Positions 12,721 through 24,560 of a stretch of DNA of 64,000 nt are shown here, in pieces. The notes beneath the pieces were generated by a model. It worked only from the letters and a program-made list of their open reading frames with translations, was not told the origin of the DNA and did no database searches. The stretch comes from Octopus bimaculoides (lineage: Eukaryota): positions 6,163,069-6,227,068 of the forward strand of contig NC_068986.1 of the NCBI RefSeq assembly GCF_001194135.2. Reading direction: 5' to 3'. A program made the position numbers and the translations under genes. Positions within the stretch are counted from its first letter, which is position 1, and every line of letters starts with the position of its first letter.

Positions 12721-13192
12721 TAGGTGTAGAAGTGGCTGTGTGGTAAGTAGCTTGCTTACCAACCACATGGGCAAATGTCTTCTACTATAACCTTGGGCCA
12801 ACCAAAGCCTTGTGAGTGGATTTGGTAGACGGAAACTGAAAGAAGCCCGTCGTATATATGTATATGTATATATACATATATATATATGTATATATATATA
12901 TATATNNNNNNNNNNNNNNNNNNNNNNNNNNNNNNNNNNNNNNNNNNNNNNNNNNNNNNNNNNNNNNNNNNNNNNNNNNNNNNNNNNNNNNNNNNNNNNN
13001 NNNNNNNNNNNNNNGACAACCGATGGTGGTGTGTTTACGTCCCCGTAAATTAGCAAGTTCAGCAAAAGAGACCGATAGAATAAGATATAGGCTTACAAAG
13101 AATAAGTCTTGGGGTCGATTTGCTCGCCTAAAGGCAGTGCTCCAGCATGGCCACAGTCAAAATGACTGAAACAAGTAAAAGAGTAAAAGAGT
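12721..13192 (+). mobile_element. tRNA-derived SINE family A with internal microsatellite (internally deleted head)
   Basis: gtggctgtgtggtaagtagcttgcttaccaaccacatgg head, ggatttggtagacggaaactgaaagaagcccgtcg, (TA)n plus gap, 3' gactgaaacaagtaaaagagtaaaagag. Confidence 0.85.
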
Positions 13193-13886
13193 ATTACCAT
13201 CATCGTTGTTGTCACCAGTACCATCATTTAATGTCCATGTCCTTCATCATCATTTAATGTCCATGTCCTTCGTCATCATTTAGTGTCTATGTTCCATACT
13301 GACAAGGGTTGGATGGTTTGACAAGGATCCAATGGGTCAAAAAATGGGTCTACTTTGGCATCATTTCCATGGCTGAATGATTTTCCTAATAATATCAATC
13401 ACTTTACAGTGTATACTGGGTGCTTTTTTTCATGCCACTGGTACTACTGAGCTCACCATGCAGCTCACAAGATGTGGGCATCTTTATGAAAGATGGTGGT
13501 TAAGGTATGATAGAAGAGATTAGAGTAGAGCAGGTTCTTGTTGTAGAGGAGCCAAATGGCTACCCACATTTAGGGAAGAGACTGAGAATAAATCAGTAAT
13601 ATCTCCAGTAGTGGTGATGAGGCGTTCAGGTGACACCTCAGAAATAATTCTTATTGTTCAGAGAATGGTTATAGATGAAGGTCATGAGAAATATTTGTAA
13701 AAACTTGTAGAATAATAACCTTTATTCAGAGTGGGCCATAATGATGGGACACATTTTAAATGCTAGCATCTTGGATTATAAAAATGGCATAGAGAACCAA
13801 ATATATTTATTACATAACTGGTATACAAGAGTTCAACATACTACCTAAAATTTTACTATTTTTACAAGTAGTTGGTGACCCTCATA

Positions 13887-14050
13887 ATGTCATGGGCTCC
13901 AAAAGAAATTGCATATGTGGTTGAAGCATACTTCACCAGCCAAAGCTCTATTGTTGCAGCCCAAAGAAAATTCTGACAACATTTTAGAAAGTGACAGGCA
14001 TAATTGTGAAAGGTGATCCTGTGTGCTGTTACAAACTTCCGTGAGACAAC
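13887..14050 (+). pseudogene. N-terminal helix-turn-helix (DUF4817-like) fragment of a Tc1-like transposase
   Basis: MSWAPKEIAYVVEAYFTSQSSIVAAQRKF*QHFRK*QA*L*KVILCAVTNFRET resembles the ERxFIVExYF...QRxFRxxF...RKxILxxVxKFRETG pattern. Confidence 0.7.
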
Positions 14051-14132
14051 ATATACTAAGCTGCAATGTGCTTGATATGAAGAAGTGAGATTGTGAATGT
14101 TCTCTTTGTAGTGGTGACCATCTTCTGGATGT

Positions 14133-14471
14133 GTGGAGACCCCCTTCGGTCATGGATGACCATGGGATTGCACCTAGGAAGTTACCCACCCAGGCACAAG
14201 TCCGGGCAAGGTTGTTTATGGAAGACCAGCAGTCGCCCATGCATACCGGCCTCCCCTCTCCATGCCAACAGTGTTATCCATTGGAAAGGCAAAGGCCGAT
14301 ACAGCTTGGCACCAGTGACGTCACAACTCATTTCTACAGCTGAGTGAACTGGAGCAATGTGAAATGAAGTGTCTTGCTCAAGAACGCAACACGCAGCCTG
14401 GTCCGGGATTCGAACTCACAACCTCACGATCGTAAGCTCAATGCTCTAACCACTGAGCCATGCGCCTTCAC
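14133..14471 (-). mobile_element. Full-length tRNA-derived SINE family D nested in the Tc1-like element
   Basis: Minus strand A box tggctcagtgg and B box gttcgaatcc; flanking duplication tggatgt at 14126-14132 and 14476-14482. Confidence 0.9.
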
Positions 14472-15274
14472 CTCTTGGATGTAATATTCAAATTATAGAT
14501 AATATGTTGAACTCCTGTATATCAGTTATGTAATAAATATATTTGATACTCTATGTCATTTTCATAATCCAAGATATTAGCATTTAAAATGTGTCCCATC
14601 ATTATGGCCTACCCTATATTATAGATTAAAGTGATGTCATGACATAAGTGTATTTAGTTTTTTGGTTGATGCAATAAGTTCTTTCCCCACAGTTTTTTAT
14701 TGGATTCAGTTCCTGCTCATCCCCTCTCTTTCACTCCACTTTCTCTTTTTATGTTTGATGAAGTTGACAAAAGCTTGGCCTGAGGGGAAATGCTCTGTCC
14801 TTCAAACTTTTAACTATGTCAACCATATTACTTCATTTGTTATAACCATCAAGCAGAGAAAGGTAACCAGCTTTTCCTTGCTAAACTAAAGTGTGTGAGT
14901 TTGTCTTCATGATAAACTTGGCTGATATCCAGATCTGCTTCACACATGGTAACAATGGTATGACATAATTCCACACTTTAGCAAAATAAAGACACCAGAT
15001 TGAGATCATGCCAGGTGATTTCATAACCCTTTGCACAGCTCAGGCAGGTTTATTTGTTGATAGCTCCAGGACATGCACACTTGTGTAGTTTGTCTGAACA
15101 GGCAAAGCCACAGCTCTGTAGCAGTGCTAAGCCAAGAACTTTTGGAAACTGTCCATAATCTCTGATTTTAAAGACTTTCTCCAGATGACTTCCATTGTTC
15201 TTGTTGACACCCAGAAATAATAACAGTAACTATAATAAAGTGCATGTGTACTATTTTGTCTTGGTTTTGTTGTT

Positions 15275-16080
15275 TTCTCTACTCACAGCAAACTACCGAG
15301 CAAACATTTTCCACAATGGTGCTGGCCTGAATTGTAGACTATGTGATAAAAGTATTGAAACCATCAACCACATTGTGACTGGCTGCTCTAAACTCGCAAT
15401 AACTGAATACAATGCTACACATGACCAAATAGGGTAGTACCTACACTGGAACATCTGTTGCCATTAAGACATACTCCTTCCTAAAACCTTGTATGAACAC
15501 CACCTGAAACCAGTCACTGAGGGCAATAAAATTACTATTCTGTGGGTCTTTACTGTCCATACTAACAAACAGATAAAAGCCAATAGACTTGGTATTATTA
15601 TGAAAGATCAAAGTGGTGAGCTGGTAGAAATGTTAGCATGCTGCATGAAATGCTTAGTGGTATTTCATCTGTCTTTACATTCTGAGTTCAAATTCCTCCA
15701 AGGTCAACTTTGCCTTTCATCCTTTCAGGGTCGATAAATTAAGTACCAGTTGCATAGTAGCGTTGATCTAATCGACTGGCACCCTCCCCCAAAATTTCGG
15801 GCCTTGTGCCTAGAGTAGAAAAGATTATTATCAAAGAATATCATCAAAATACCTACTATATAATAATATGACAATACCAGCTGATCGAAATATCTTAGTC
15901 AAAGAATTCAAGAACTTAGCTAAATACAAGGACTGAGAGATAGAAATCAGCAAAATGTGGAAACTGAAAATAGTAACTCTACTAGTATCTGTAGGAGCAC
16001 AAGGCATGGTTAAAAAAGAGTCTCCAATCTTCATTGAAAATCAAATACACATGATGTCTAAAAAATTGCGCTAACCTCCA
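15275..16080 (+). mobile_element. RLE-type non-LTR retrotransposon (R4/Dong-like) C-terminal fragment, split by a SINE
   Basis: SLLTANYRANIFHNGAGLNCRLCDKSIETINHIVTGCSKLA...HDQIG (CCHC knuckle) ... MTIPADRNILVKEFKNLAKYKD*EIEISKMWKLK...GAQGMV (endonuclease region). Confidence 0.8.
15612..15829 (+). mobile_element. SINE family B inserted in the R4-like fragment
   Basis: Complete body; duplicated target atcaaag at 15607-15613 and 15830-15836. Confidence 0.85.
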
Positions 16081-17119
16081 CAGCCACAAAGAGACATGCT
16101 CAGTTAGTGAAGGTCAAGCAAGTGACAAGCAAATCTGTGATATTGAGCAGAATATTTGCTGTAGCCCCTGTTATATATCAAGACAAAACATGTACATGAT
16201 AACACTTCCAATCAGTTAAGATCAGAAGCCATAAGAGCCACTATCTGGTGCTTCATCATCATCATTATTATTAGGTTGAATCAATCAGCTATAATTGTCC
16301 ATGTCAAAACTGACCTTGATATAACTAAACTGAAATTACCATTTTGATTAAAATTAAAACTGCCTCACTTTCAGCAAATATTTTACAGTCTCAGTTTTTT
16401 AATATATTTAATGAAGAAACTAAAATATTCAGAAAAATTTCTCCCCAGAATGTTATTAGATCCAATTGAACATTATGACTATTGCTTTTTAGCCATCCCA
16501 CGTCAAGAAGATATAAAGCACTTCCAGTGTATAATTAAGAGAAAAGATGTAATCTGACATTTTGATATTTTTATGAATGTAAAAAGAAAAAACAAAACAG
16601 AAAAAGAATGTAAAAATACAAGCAATGTTGGGTTTAACATGATAGAGCCAGTAACCTGAATAATTGGAGAAGTATCTATGAGTTTGGGGTCAGTGGGGAC
16701 TAACATTCTGTGAATACTCATGAATATCAAATGTCAGTTGCTAAGTAATTACTCACAAATAGTGTTGCTGAGGGAAAGGTTGAACAGGAGAAAGGCAATT
16801 TCAGAATTATATTTCTAATTCTCAATCAAATATAAAAGCAATTTACCTCATAACTTTTTAATGAAGTTTATGAGGTCAAATATAGTATTGACATAAATAT
16901 AATTATCCACACACAAGTGTCAATGCTGTCGTGTTAAGTAGTTGGTTATTACATAGTTGTCGACGTCAATAACTTGGTTTATATATATATACACACACAT
17001 ATCAAAGTTGTAAATGCTCTTCCCCTGGTGGACCTGGAGTCATTCTAGCAGGAAATCTGAAATATAAACCAGTTGTAATGCAGTAAGGTTAAATGAATTA
17101 TAAAGTCAATAATACTATG

Positions 17120-18990
17120 TCAATACCTCTCCCAAAATATATAACATCACCAGTGAAACCCACCTGATTGTCATTACAAAACTTCTGAATGGAAAGAAAT
17201 CATCTGTGAAAGATATGAGTTTAGGCTATTGGTAGAAAAAGCTTATGTTTTACAAGGAAATTTTCATGACCTTATTAAAAAAAAAAAAGACCCCCCCCCC
17301 CTCAACAATGTATTCAGAGCAAGATATACTGGATTGATTGACAGTCACATGGATTACATTTATATTCAAGAACAAGTGATCCATGTAGCCAAAAGCTACA
17401 AACTTAACTACATGCTTAAATATTATGCATGAACTGCACACTGGTTGTTTGAATGTATTTCTCCAAGATTACTTCTAAACAAAAGGTATGATAACAAATG
17501 AACAGGTAAGGGAAAAGAAAGGGGTATGGGGCTGTGCTGAACAGTTTCTCATCATCAAAGTTCCCCTTAGAAAGCCAAGTAACACTGCCATAATCTTCTA
17601 ACAATATGGCTAGACTACAAAATGCTGTTTGCCTCTATTTGTCACTCATGGATAATAGAATCACTACGCCAAAGTACCAACTGCTATAGTTAATGCCATT
17701 GATAAACAGCACAACATGTTCTACCCAGTTATCATTAACTCTTTTAGTATTTAAACTGCCCAGATCTGGCCTCTCTCATCTACCCAACAATGTCATTCTA
17801 AAAATATACTATCACATCATGGAAATCTCAAAGCCATGAGATAATACATGATTAATTCAAAACAATTTAAATAAATAGAATACATTTGACTGAATATTCT
17901 GAATGCTAAAGGATTAAAAACCAAAGCATCACCTATAGTTACATACAGAATTAGGTAATGGTAAATTCCTGGGTGGTAGTCTGTCTGTAGTGTTGTTTGT
18001 AGTGGTAGAGAACCCCTTGTCAGCCCTGTTGATGATAAGCCAAAACTACATGTTGGGATATGCAGAAAAGAGTAAAACTAAGATTATGCACACAAATTTT
18101 TGTTAGGTACTCTGAGTGTACAACAGTCTCATATGACTCAAAGGAAATTGAATTGGCCTACATAAACAGGAGCTTGGAGGAGAAGCACTCATTATTCCAA
18201 CAGAAAGTAACACATGAGTACATATGCTACAAACTAGAAGATAACAGCAGCATTGACAGAAAGATTAACCTCTGCTGGATCTGTGACAGACACATTATAT
18301 CCCACCTAGAAAGATATACCTTCACTATCCAGGAACAAGAGACAGCTACTAAATACCTGATAAACTAGAGAGACAAATATACCACTGCATTGTGATAGAA
18401 AATGTCAATTATGCTATACATGTGTGGAAGACATCACCTCCTTCATCAGCAGCTTCCCCAAAATGTTTTCAAGATACTCTTGAGACATGATATAGTTGTA
18501 AAAATTATTTACAATTCTATCTGCAAGAAGGATTGCTCTGATTGATACATCAATGGCATGGCAGAACCAGAATGTATTTACACCTTTAAAAACAAGAAAT
18601 ACTAGTGGAATATTCTAATAAATATAGCAATTTGGTGCAAACACCACGGACCTGATATTGTTTTGTGAGACAGAGAGCCAAAATCATGTACTATTGTAGA
18701 AGACTATGGCAGCTGTCCAATGGATGTAAACATACCATCAAAGGTTCAGGAAAAAAGAGAATATGGTGAACTAATGGGAGATTGACAGCTCTTGTATCCT
18801 GGCTATAGATTTTCATTTGTATCCATCATCAGAGGTGCATTAGTTTATGTAATAATGGATTTGAACAAAAAGTGAGAAATACCAAGATTCTTTAAGAAAG
18901 AGCAAAGGAAACTGATGTGCATCCTACAAATCCAATCTATCAGTGACATAGTAAACATCTGCAAGACATTCTCAAAATTCTTCTTTGGGG
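17120..18990 (+). mobile_element. Second R4/Dong-like RLE LINE fragment (RT part, CCHC, PD-(D/E)xK endonuclease), degraded
   Basis: GYW*KKLMFYKE; WLDYKMLFASICHSWIIESLR; HLERYTFTIQEQETATKYLI; CQLCYTCVEDIT...RHDIVVKIIYNSICKK; HHGPDIVL*DREPKSCTIVE. Confidence 0.8.
17739..17913. mobile_element. piggyBac-like MITE (TTAA...TTAA) inserted in the R4-like RT
   Basis: ttaa|ctcttttagtat ... aatgctaaagga|ttaa; same family as 34795-35019 and 63033-63752. Confidence 0.75.
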
Positions 18991-19584
18991 ATTCTTTAAA
19001 TGAATATACGCATGCATTTGATTGTATATATCTACAAAATCACATAGGTAAAAAGATGATTATATATACACGCTCACATGCACATGTTTAAGTGCTACAG
19101 AAATGTGTTTAAATAGAACATAGGTGCAGATGCACCCACCAAAATATATGGCTACACTGACTCAACCATGTAAAAACCCTGGGAACTGTCTTAACACAAA
19201 AGGTTTTGTCACTTTGTCACTTTGTCAGTAACGCCATGAATAAGCACTTAGAAGACAGGTCTTTTAACACTCAGTGTTATTAGGAAGCGTCTCTGTCTTT
19301 CTATTCTTGTATAATTTATTCTTTTATTTGTTTCGGTCATTTGATTGCAACCACGATGAAGCATGGCTGCACAGACATTTCCAGTCCATCAAAACAACCC
19401 CAATACTTATTTGAGGTTCATTACTTATTATATTGCTTGCACTTTTCTTTCTCTTTTTTTTGTTTGTTTTTGCCAAACTGCTGTGTTACAGAGTTGTCAA
19501 GTGGTGAGGAGCAAGCACAAACATGTGCACACATACACACACACACACACACATACAAATGTTTATCTTCTGCCATTAGTGCAT

Positions 19585-19589
<5 letters not shown>

Positions 19590-19616
<27 letters not shown>

Positions 19617-20213
19617 ATACTTCTATATTCTTTTATTCTTTTTTTGTTTCAGTCATTTGATTGTGGCCATGCTAGGACACTGCCTTGAATGGTTTTAGTC
19701 GAACAAATTGACTCCAGGACTTATTTTTTTATAAAGCCTAGTGCTTATTCTGTTGGTCTTCTTTTGCCGAGCCGCTAAGTTATGGAAACGTAAATACACC
19801 AACACCAGNNNNNNNNNNCAGGCACAACAGAAACAGGAAGAAAGAATGAGAAAAAGTTGTGGTGAAAGAGTACAGCAGGGTTCGCCACCATTCCCTGCCG
19901 GAGCCTCGTGGAGCTTTAGGTGTTTTCGCTCAATAAACACTCACAACGCCCGGTCTGGGAATCGGAACCGCGATCCTATGACCGCGAGTTCGCTGCCCTA
20001 ACCACTGAGCCATTGCGCCTCCACATACATACATACATACATATATACATGATGGTCTTCTTTCAGTTTCTGTCTACCAAATCCACCCACAAGGCTTTGG
20101 TCAGCCCGAGGCTGAGGTAGAAGACACTTACCCAAGGTACCACATAGTGGGACTGAACCCAGAATCATGTAGTAGGAAAACAAGCTTCTTACCACACAGT
20201 CCCACCTGCACCT
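19590..20213 (-). mobile_element. SINE family A interrupted at its internal microsatellite by a SINE family C copy
   Basis: 3' half at about 19640-19808 and 5' half at about 20030-20213 flank the SINE C copy. Confidence 0.75.
19819..20023 (-). mobile_element. tRNA-derived SINE family C
   Basis: Minus strand ggaggcgcaatggctcagtggttagggcagcgaactcgcggtcataggatcgcggttccgattcccagaccgggcgttgtgag; second copy at 41086-41310(+). Confidence 0.85.
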
Positions 20214-20218
20214 ATATA

Positions 20219-21412
20219 TTAGGTCATCAAGTATGAAATTTGTAGTAAGGTATATTTTGACAATCTTTATTTTTTGTGCTTTATAAAGTATTTATAAATC
20301 TTTTTTTTGCTATTTTTGTTTAGAGATGGATAAGTCGGAAATTTGTACGGTTTTGAAATATGAGTTCTTTCTTGGAAATACAGCATCACAGACAGCTCGG
20401 AATATTAATGGAGTATTTCATTCTTATGTTATTACACAGCAGATAGTATCAAATTGCTTTGCAAAATTTCATTCTGGTAACTTTGACCTCACAAATGAGC
20501 AACACAATCAACCAGAAGCAAAAGTGAATAATGACAAACTGAAAGCCACTGTCGAGTCAGATCCATCTAAAAGTGCTCATGAATTATCATTGTTGTTTGG
20601 TGTTAGGAAGCAAACAATATTGACTCACCTAGTTCGAATTGGTAAAGTGAAAAAGTTGGATAAGTGGGTTCCACATAAACTCAATGAAAATCAGAAACAG
20701 CAACATTTGGAAGCCTGCATTATGCTACTTTCTCATCACAAAAATGAATCGTTTTTGACTCGAATTGTAACATGTGATGAGAAATGGATCCAACACAACA
20801 ACCATAAACATTCAGCACAATGGTTGGACAAAGACAAGCCACCAAAACCCAGTCCAAAAAGCAAAATTCATCAAAAGAAGCTGATGTTGTGTGTTTGGTG
20901 GTCTGGCGCAGGTGCGATCCATTATGATTTCATTAAACCTAGCTCATCTGTCACAGCTGAAGTATACTGCAGCCAACTGGAGCAAATGATGCAGAAACTT
21001 ACAAAAATCAACCTAGATCAGTCAACAGATCCACTCCTATTTTATTGCAAGACAACGCCATATTACACAATACAAAAATGACATTGGCGAAACTACAAGA
21101 GTTGTAGTTGGAAGTTCTCCATCATCTCACCTGATCTTGTTCCCACTGACTACCACTTCTTCCAGAATTTGGATAATTTTTTGATAGGAAAAATATTTAA
21201 TTCCGATGATTCTGTAAAACAGGCCTTCCAAGATTTTACTGATTCTAGATTGCCAGGCTTTTACAGTTCTGGGATGGACAAGCTACCGCTGAAATGGCAA
21301 GTGTATTGACAATATGGGTGCATACTTTGATGAATAAAACTATTCATTGTGCTTATAAAACATTAGCAAACTTTTTTTTTCTTTTCTATAAATTTCATAC
21401 TTGATGACCTAA
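20219..21412 (+). mobile_element. Near full-length mariner transposon (cecropia/Hsmar1-like subfamily)
   Basis: Perfect 22-bp TIRs ttaggtcatcaagtatgaaatt / aatttcatacttgatgacctaa, each flanked by TA. Confidence 0.95.
20326..21337 (+). pseudogene. Disrupted mariner (D,D34D-type) transposase
   Basis: 251-aa ORF with IGKVKKLDKWVPHKL and IVTCDEKW. Continues after a frameshift near 21045 as LQDNA...L*LEVLHH, then after a deletion of the PPYS motif as PDLVPTDYHFF...MGAYFDE*. Confidence 0.9.
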
Positions 21413-22085
21413 TATTTATACTCGATCTATCATCTAGTAAAGAGATCTTTTACATAGCGGGCCCCTTACTTTAATGAAACCTCAACTGTTAGCTGTTTCA
21501 AGGATCACATTAGTTGTATGTCTGACTCTAGCTAAAGAGAAAGCACTACAATAAGGTCATTTAAATCATACTTCTCTTATCTCTTAACTAACATTAAGGA
21601 ATTAGAGAAGTGTAAACTTGGATAGACAGGACTTCCTTTGGTTAACAGACAAGCATTTTCCGCTGGCACAGAAAAATATTCAGTAGCTATGTCTTGAGTG
21701 TCCACCTAATATAAAGCAAATTTTAGTTAATAGGCTGAAATCAAACACATCCCTGTAGCTCATATACCTTTCCTATATTCCTACACTCCTGTATATCTTT
21801 CTCCTTCATCTCCTTATTTTCCTCCATATCTCTCTTCCTCATTTTCTCCTTCTTTCACCACCTTGCCTTCCCTTTATCATAAACAGTTTTCTGCTACCCA
21901 TGTATACATACAATACACTTCAGCAACCTGGCTATTTATCCCTCATCTTCTTATTCACCTCTTTTTACATGCACATAAGTGCTTGGAAGACCATTTTCAC
22001 ATGAACTGGGCTCAGGAGATGTAACATTGATTTCACAGGTCAATCTAAGGAATGTAAATCTGGAAGGACTTGATGTTCCTTAGAT

Positions 22086-23200
22086 CAGGAGTTCTCAAAA
22101 ATATTTTACCTATGGTTATCTATATTACATAGCACTGGCATGGGTGGATTTTATGTGGCACTGGCACCTATGAGCCCACAAGATTGGGAATGAAGGGAGG
22201 TGAAGGGGATATGCCTATATACAACGACAATCACGTATCTACTTAGTCTGACATATCCTCTCAAGCACAGCAAACTGCCTTGGATCCCTGTGATATCCTC
22301 TGTGAGGCCTAGCATCTGAAGATCCTTTCTCACCACTTCTTCCCATATCTTCCTGGGTCTACTCCTTCCACATGTTTCCTCCACAGTAAGAGCTTGACAC
22401 TTCTTGATTGCTATATTATTCTGGTGGACCCCACCCCATAGCCATTTGATGTTTAGAAACTGGTTTTATAGAAATTTCTCTCAAAATTCTAATTTTCCTT
22501 TTCATACGTTAATTGTAGGTTGAACTATGTAAAATGCTAGAGAAAGAAACCTATCTGTTTTTGCACCAGACCCTGGTCTGATTTGGCATGGTTTCTATGG
22601 CTGGATGCCCTTCCTAATGTTAACCACTTTGCTGAGTGTGCTGAGTGTTTTTATGTGGCACCGCACAGACACTTTTATGTGATACCGCGTGGGCGTTTTT
22701 ATATGGCATCACCATAGGTGCTTTCACAACCAGAAGGATCAGTCTTAACACTTCTGCTGTGGGGTACAGGTCCTCTTGTGTATGACCAGGTGCCAGGTAT
22801 CTCGCTCCTTTGTTATCTCACCTGAAAGATCCAGCTTCCTAAGGTTGTTCTTCAGTATTTCATCCTATGTTTTCTGGGTCTCCCACTTCCACATGTTCCA
22901 TCCACTTTGAGAAATCAACACTTCTTTTTGGAGCTGTTGGCATCCATCCACATCACATGACCAAACCAGTGCAGTCACCTCTCTTGTACACAGCAACAAA
23001 TTCCTCTTATGCCTCATTTCTCTCTCAGAACATTGACATTGTTGAACATGTACACTTACATTACACATCCAAAAGTAAAATTTTTTCAGGGGCCTGTAAA
23101 ATACTATTGTGGCTCCTCAATTTACTATTTTGTTGCATGGATCCCCCAAAATCTTATATGGAACCCCAGGGGCTGTATGGACCCTGGCTGAGAACCACTG
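22086..23200. mobile_element. hAT (Charlie-like) MITE expanded by two nested RTE 3' fragments (about 22131-22410 and 22562-23065, minus)
   Basis: TIRs caggagttctcaa / ctgagaaccactg; 8-bp TSD ccttagat (22078-22085) and tcttagat (23201-23208). Nested RTE reads GRSRPRKIWEEVVRKDL. Confidence 0.8.
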
Positions 23201-23783
23201 TCTTAGATTGAAATTGAATATTGTGCTGCGTTATTTTTTTTGCACTTTTTAAAAAATTCATTTTTTGTTTCTACAATCAAAGACTTCAGAACTTCTTGAC
23301 TGAATATATTCTTTCTAACAACCTGTACAAAAGAGCCCTAGCCATACATATTTGCCATATCTCATGAATATCTGATTATTCCTCCCTTATAGGGAACATT
23401 AATTATTTACAAAAACCATCTGACACCCTTTGGCTGCATATGAAGCTTGATTTATCATGCTATAATAAATAATAAACTGACCCAGTTGCCTTGTATTGAG
23501 TGTACTCTTTCTGAAGCCTTCTCAGACAATGGCATGCATCTCCTCCTCCTCCTCCTCNNNNNNNNNNNNNNNNNNNNNNNNNNNNNNNNNNNNNNNNNNN
23601 NNNNNNNNNNNNNNNNNNNNNNNNNNNNNNNNNNNNNNNNNNNNNNNNNNNNNNNNNNNNNNNNNNNNNNNNNNNNNNNNNNNNNNNNNNNNNNNNNNNN
23701 NNNNNNNNNNNNNNNNNNNNNNNNNNNNNNNNNNNNNNNNNNNNNNNNNNNNNNNNNNNNNNNTGCTGCTGCTGCTGCTGCTG

Positions 23784-23852
<69 letters not shown>

Positions 23853-24209
23853 TTCCTCCTCCTTACTCTCTTTACCCTCTCATATCGTTACACTCTCATA
23901 TCGTTACATTCTCTATCACCCTCGCCCCCCCATTCCTTCTATCTGGCACTCCTTTACTCTTTACCTTCTCATCTCTATTACTCTCATATTTTTCTCTCTC
24001 TCTATCACCCTCACCTCCCCATTCCTTCTATCAATTTATTTTGACTGACCACTAACCACTACACTCTCCCTCTCTTCATTTCTTTATTATCTCTCTCCCC
24101 TGTTTTCTTTTCTTTTCTTTTTTCTTTTTTCATTTCTTTTTCGTCTCTTCCTGTTTTCGATTTGACCTTACAAATACATTCCCAACTTTTATGTCACTTT
24201 AAAAAACCC

Positions 24210-24560
24210 CTCGATTTAATAACACTGTTTACAAACTCTATGCTTGGAATGACCAATTTTAAATACTATTGGAACTTACTCACAGGCTACAGGAATCTTA
24301 TATATACACCATTCTGCTTAAATAATGGAACTACAGATACAATATCCCTGCATATCTCACATCTATTTTCATTCCTCCACTTCACTCTTTATTTCATATC
24401 TTATCTAGAATAACTATTACTTAACCATTTTCTCACACCGTCTCTGATGAAGGGATATATAAAGTATCGTGGAAACAGCTGTAAGACCTTCTATTTATAA
24501 ATGTTCTGAAATCTTTCACAGCCTTGGATTTTTATCTCATTCTGTTAATTTTTTAATATA
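24210..24560 (+). mobile_element. Penelope-like element 3' end / pLTR remnant
   Basis: Hammerhead motif at 24440-24487, preceded by a degraded ...THRLQESYIYTIL stretch resembling a GIY-YIG C-terminus. Confidence 0.5.
24440..24487 (+). ncRNA. Minimal type I hammerhead ribozyme motif
   Basis: gtct-CTGATGA-a-gggatat/gtatc imperfect stem II-GAAAC-agct-GTA-agac. Stem I gtct/agac; palindromic stem III acagctgt. Confidence 0.65.

Larger units (their letters stand above)
13727..14616 (+). mobile_element. Internally deleted Tc1/mariner-superfamily DNA transposon with ~54-bp TIRs
   Basis: Left TIR cagagtgggccataatgatgggacacattttaaatgctagcatcttggattata (13727-13780) versus right cataatccaagatattagcatttaaaatgtgtcccatcattatggcctacccta (14563-14616); TA follows the right end. 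Confidence 0.85.

Noticed and set aside
14133-14471. tRNA-like sequences with A and B boxes (also at 19819-20023 and 41086-41310)
   Set aside because: They are SINE heads that continue into repeat bodies and occur in multiple copies; not tRNA genes
14940-15215. Plus-strand resemblance to a Gypsy integrase (WKLSIISDF...IVLVD)
   Set aside because: The minus strand fits an APE endonuclease remnant at least as well (TNKPA-VQRV-KSPG..D.NLV); too degraded to call either
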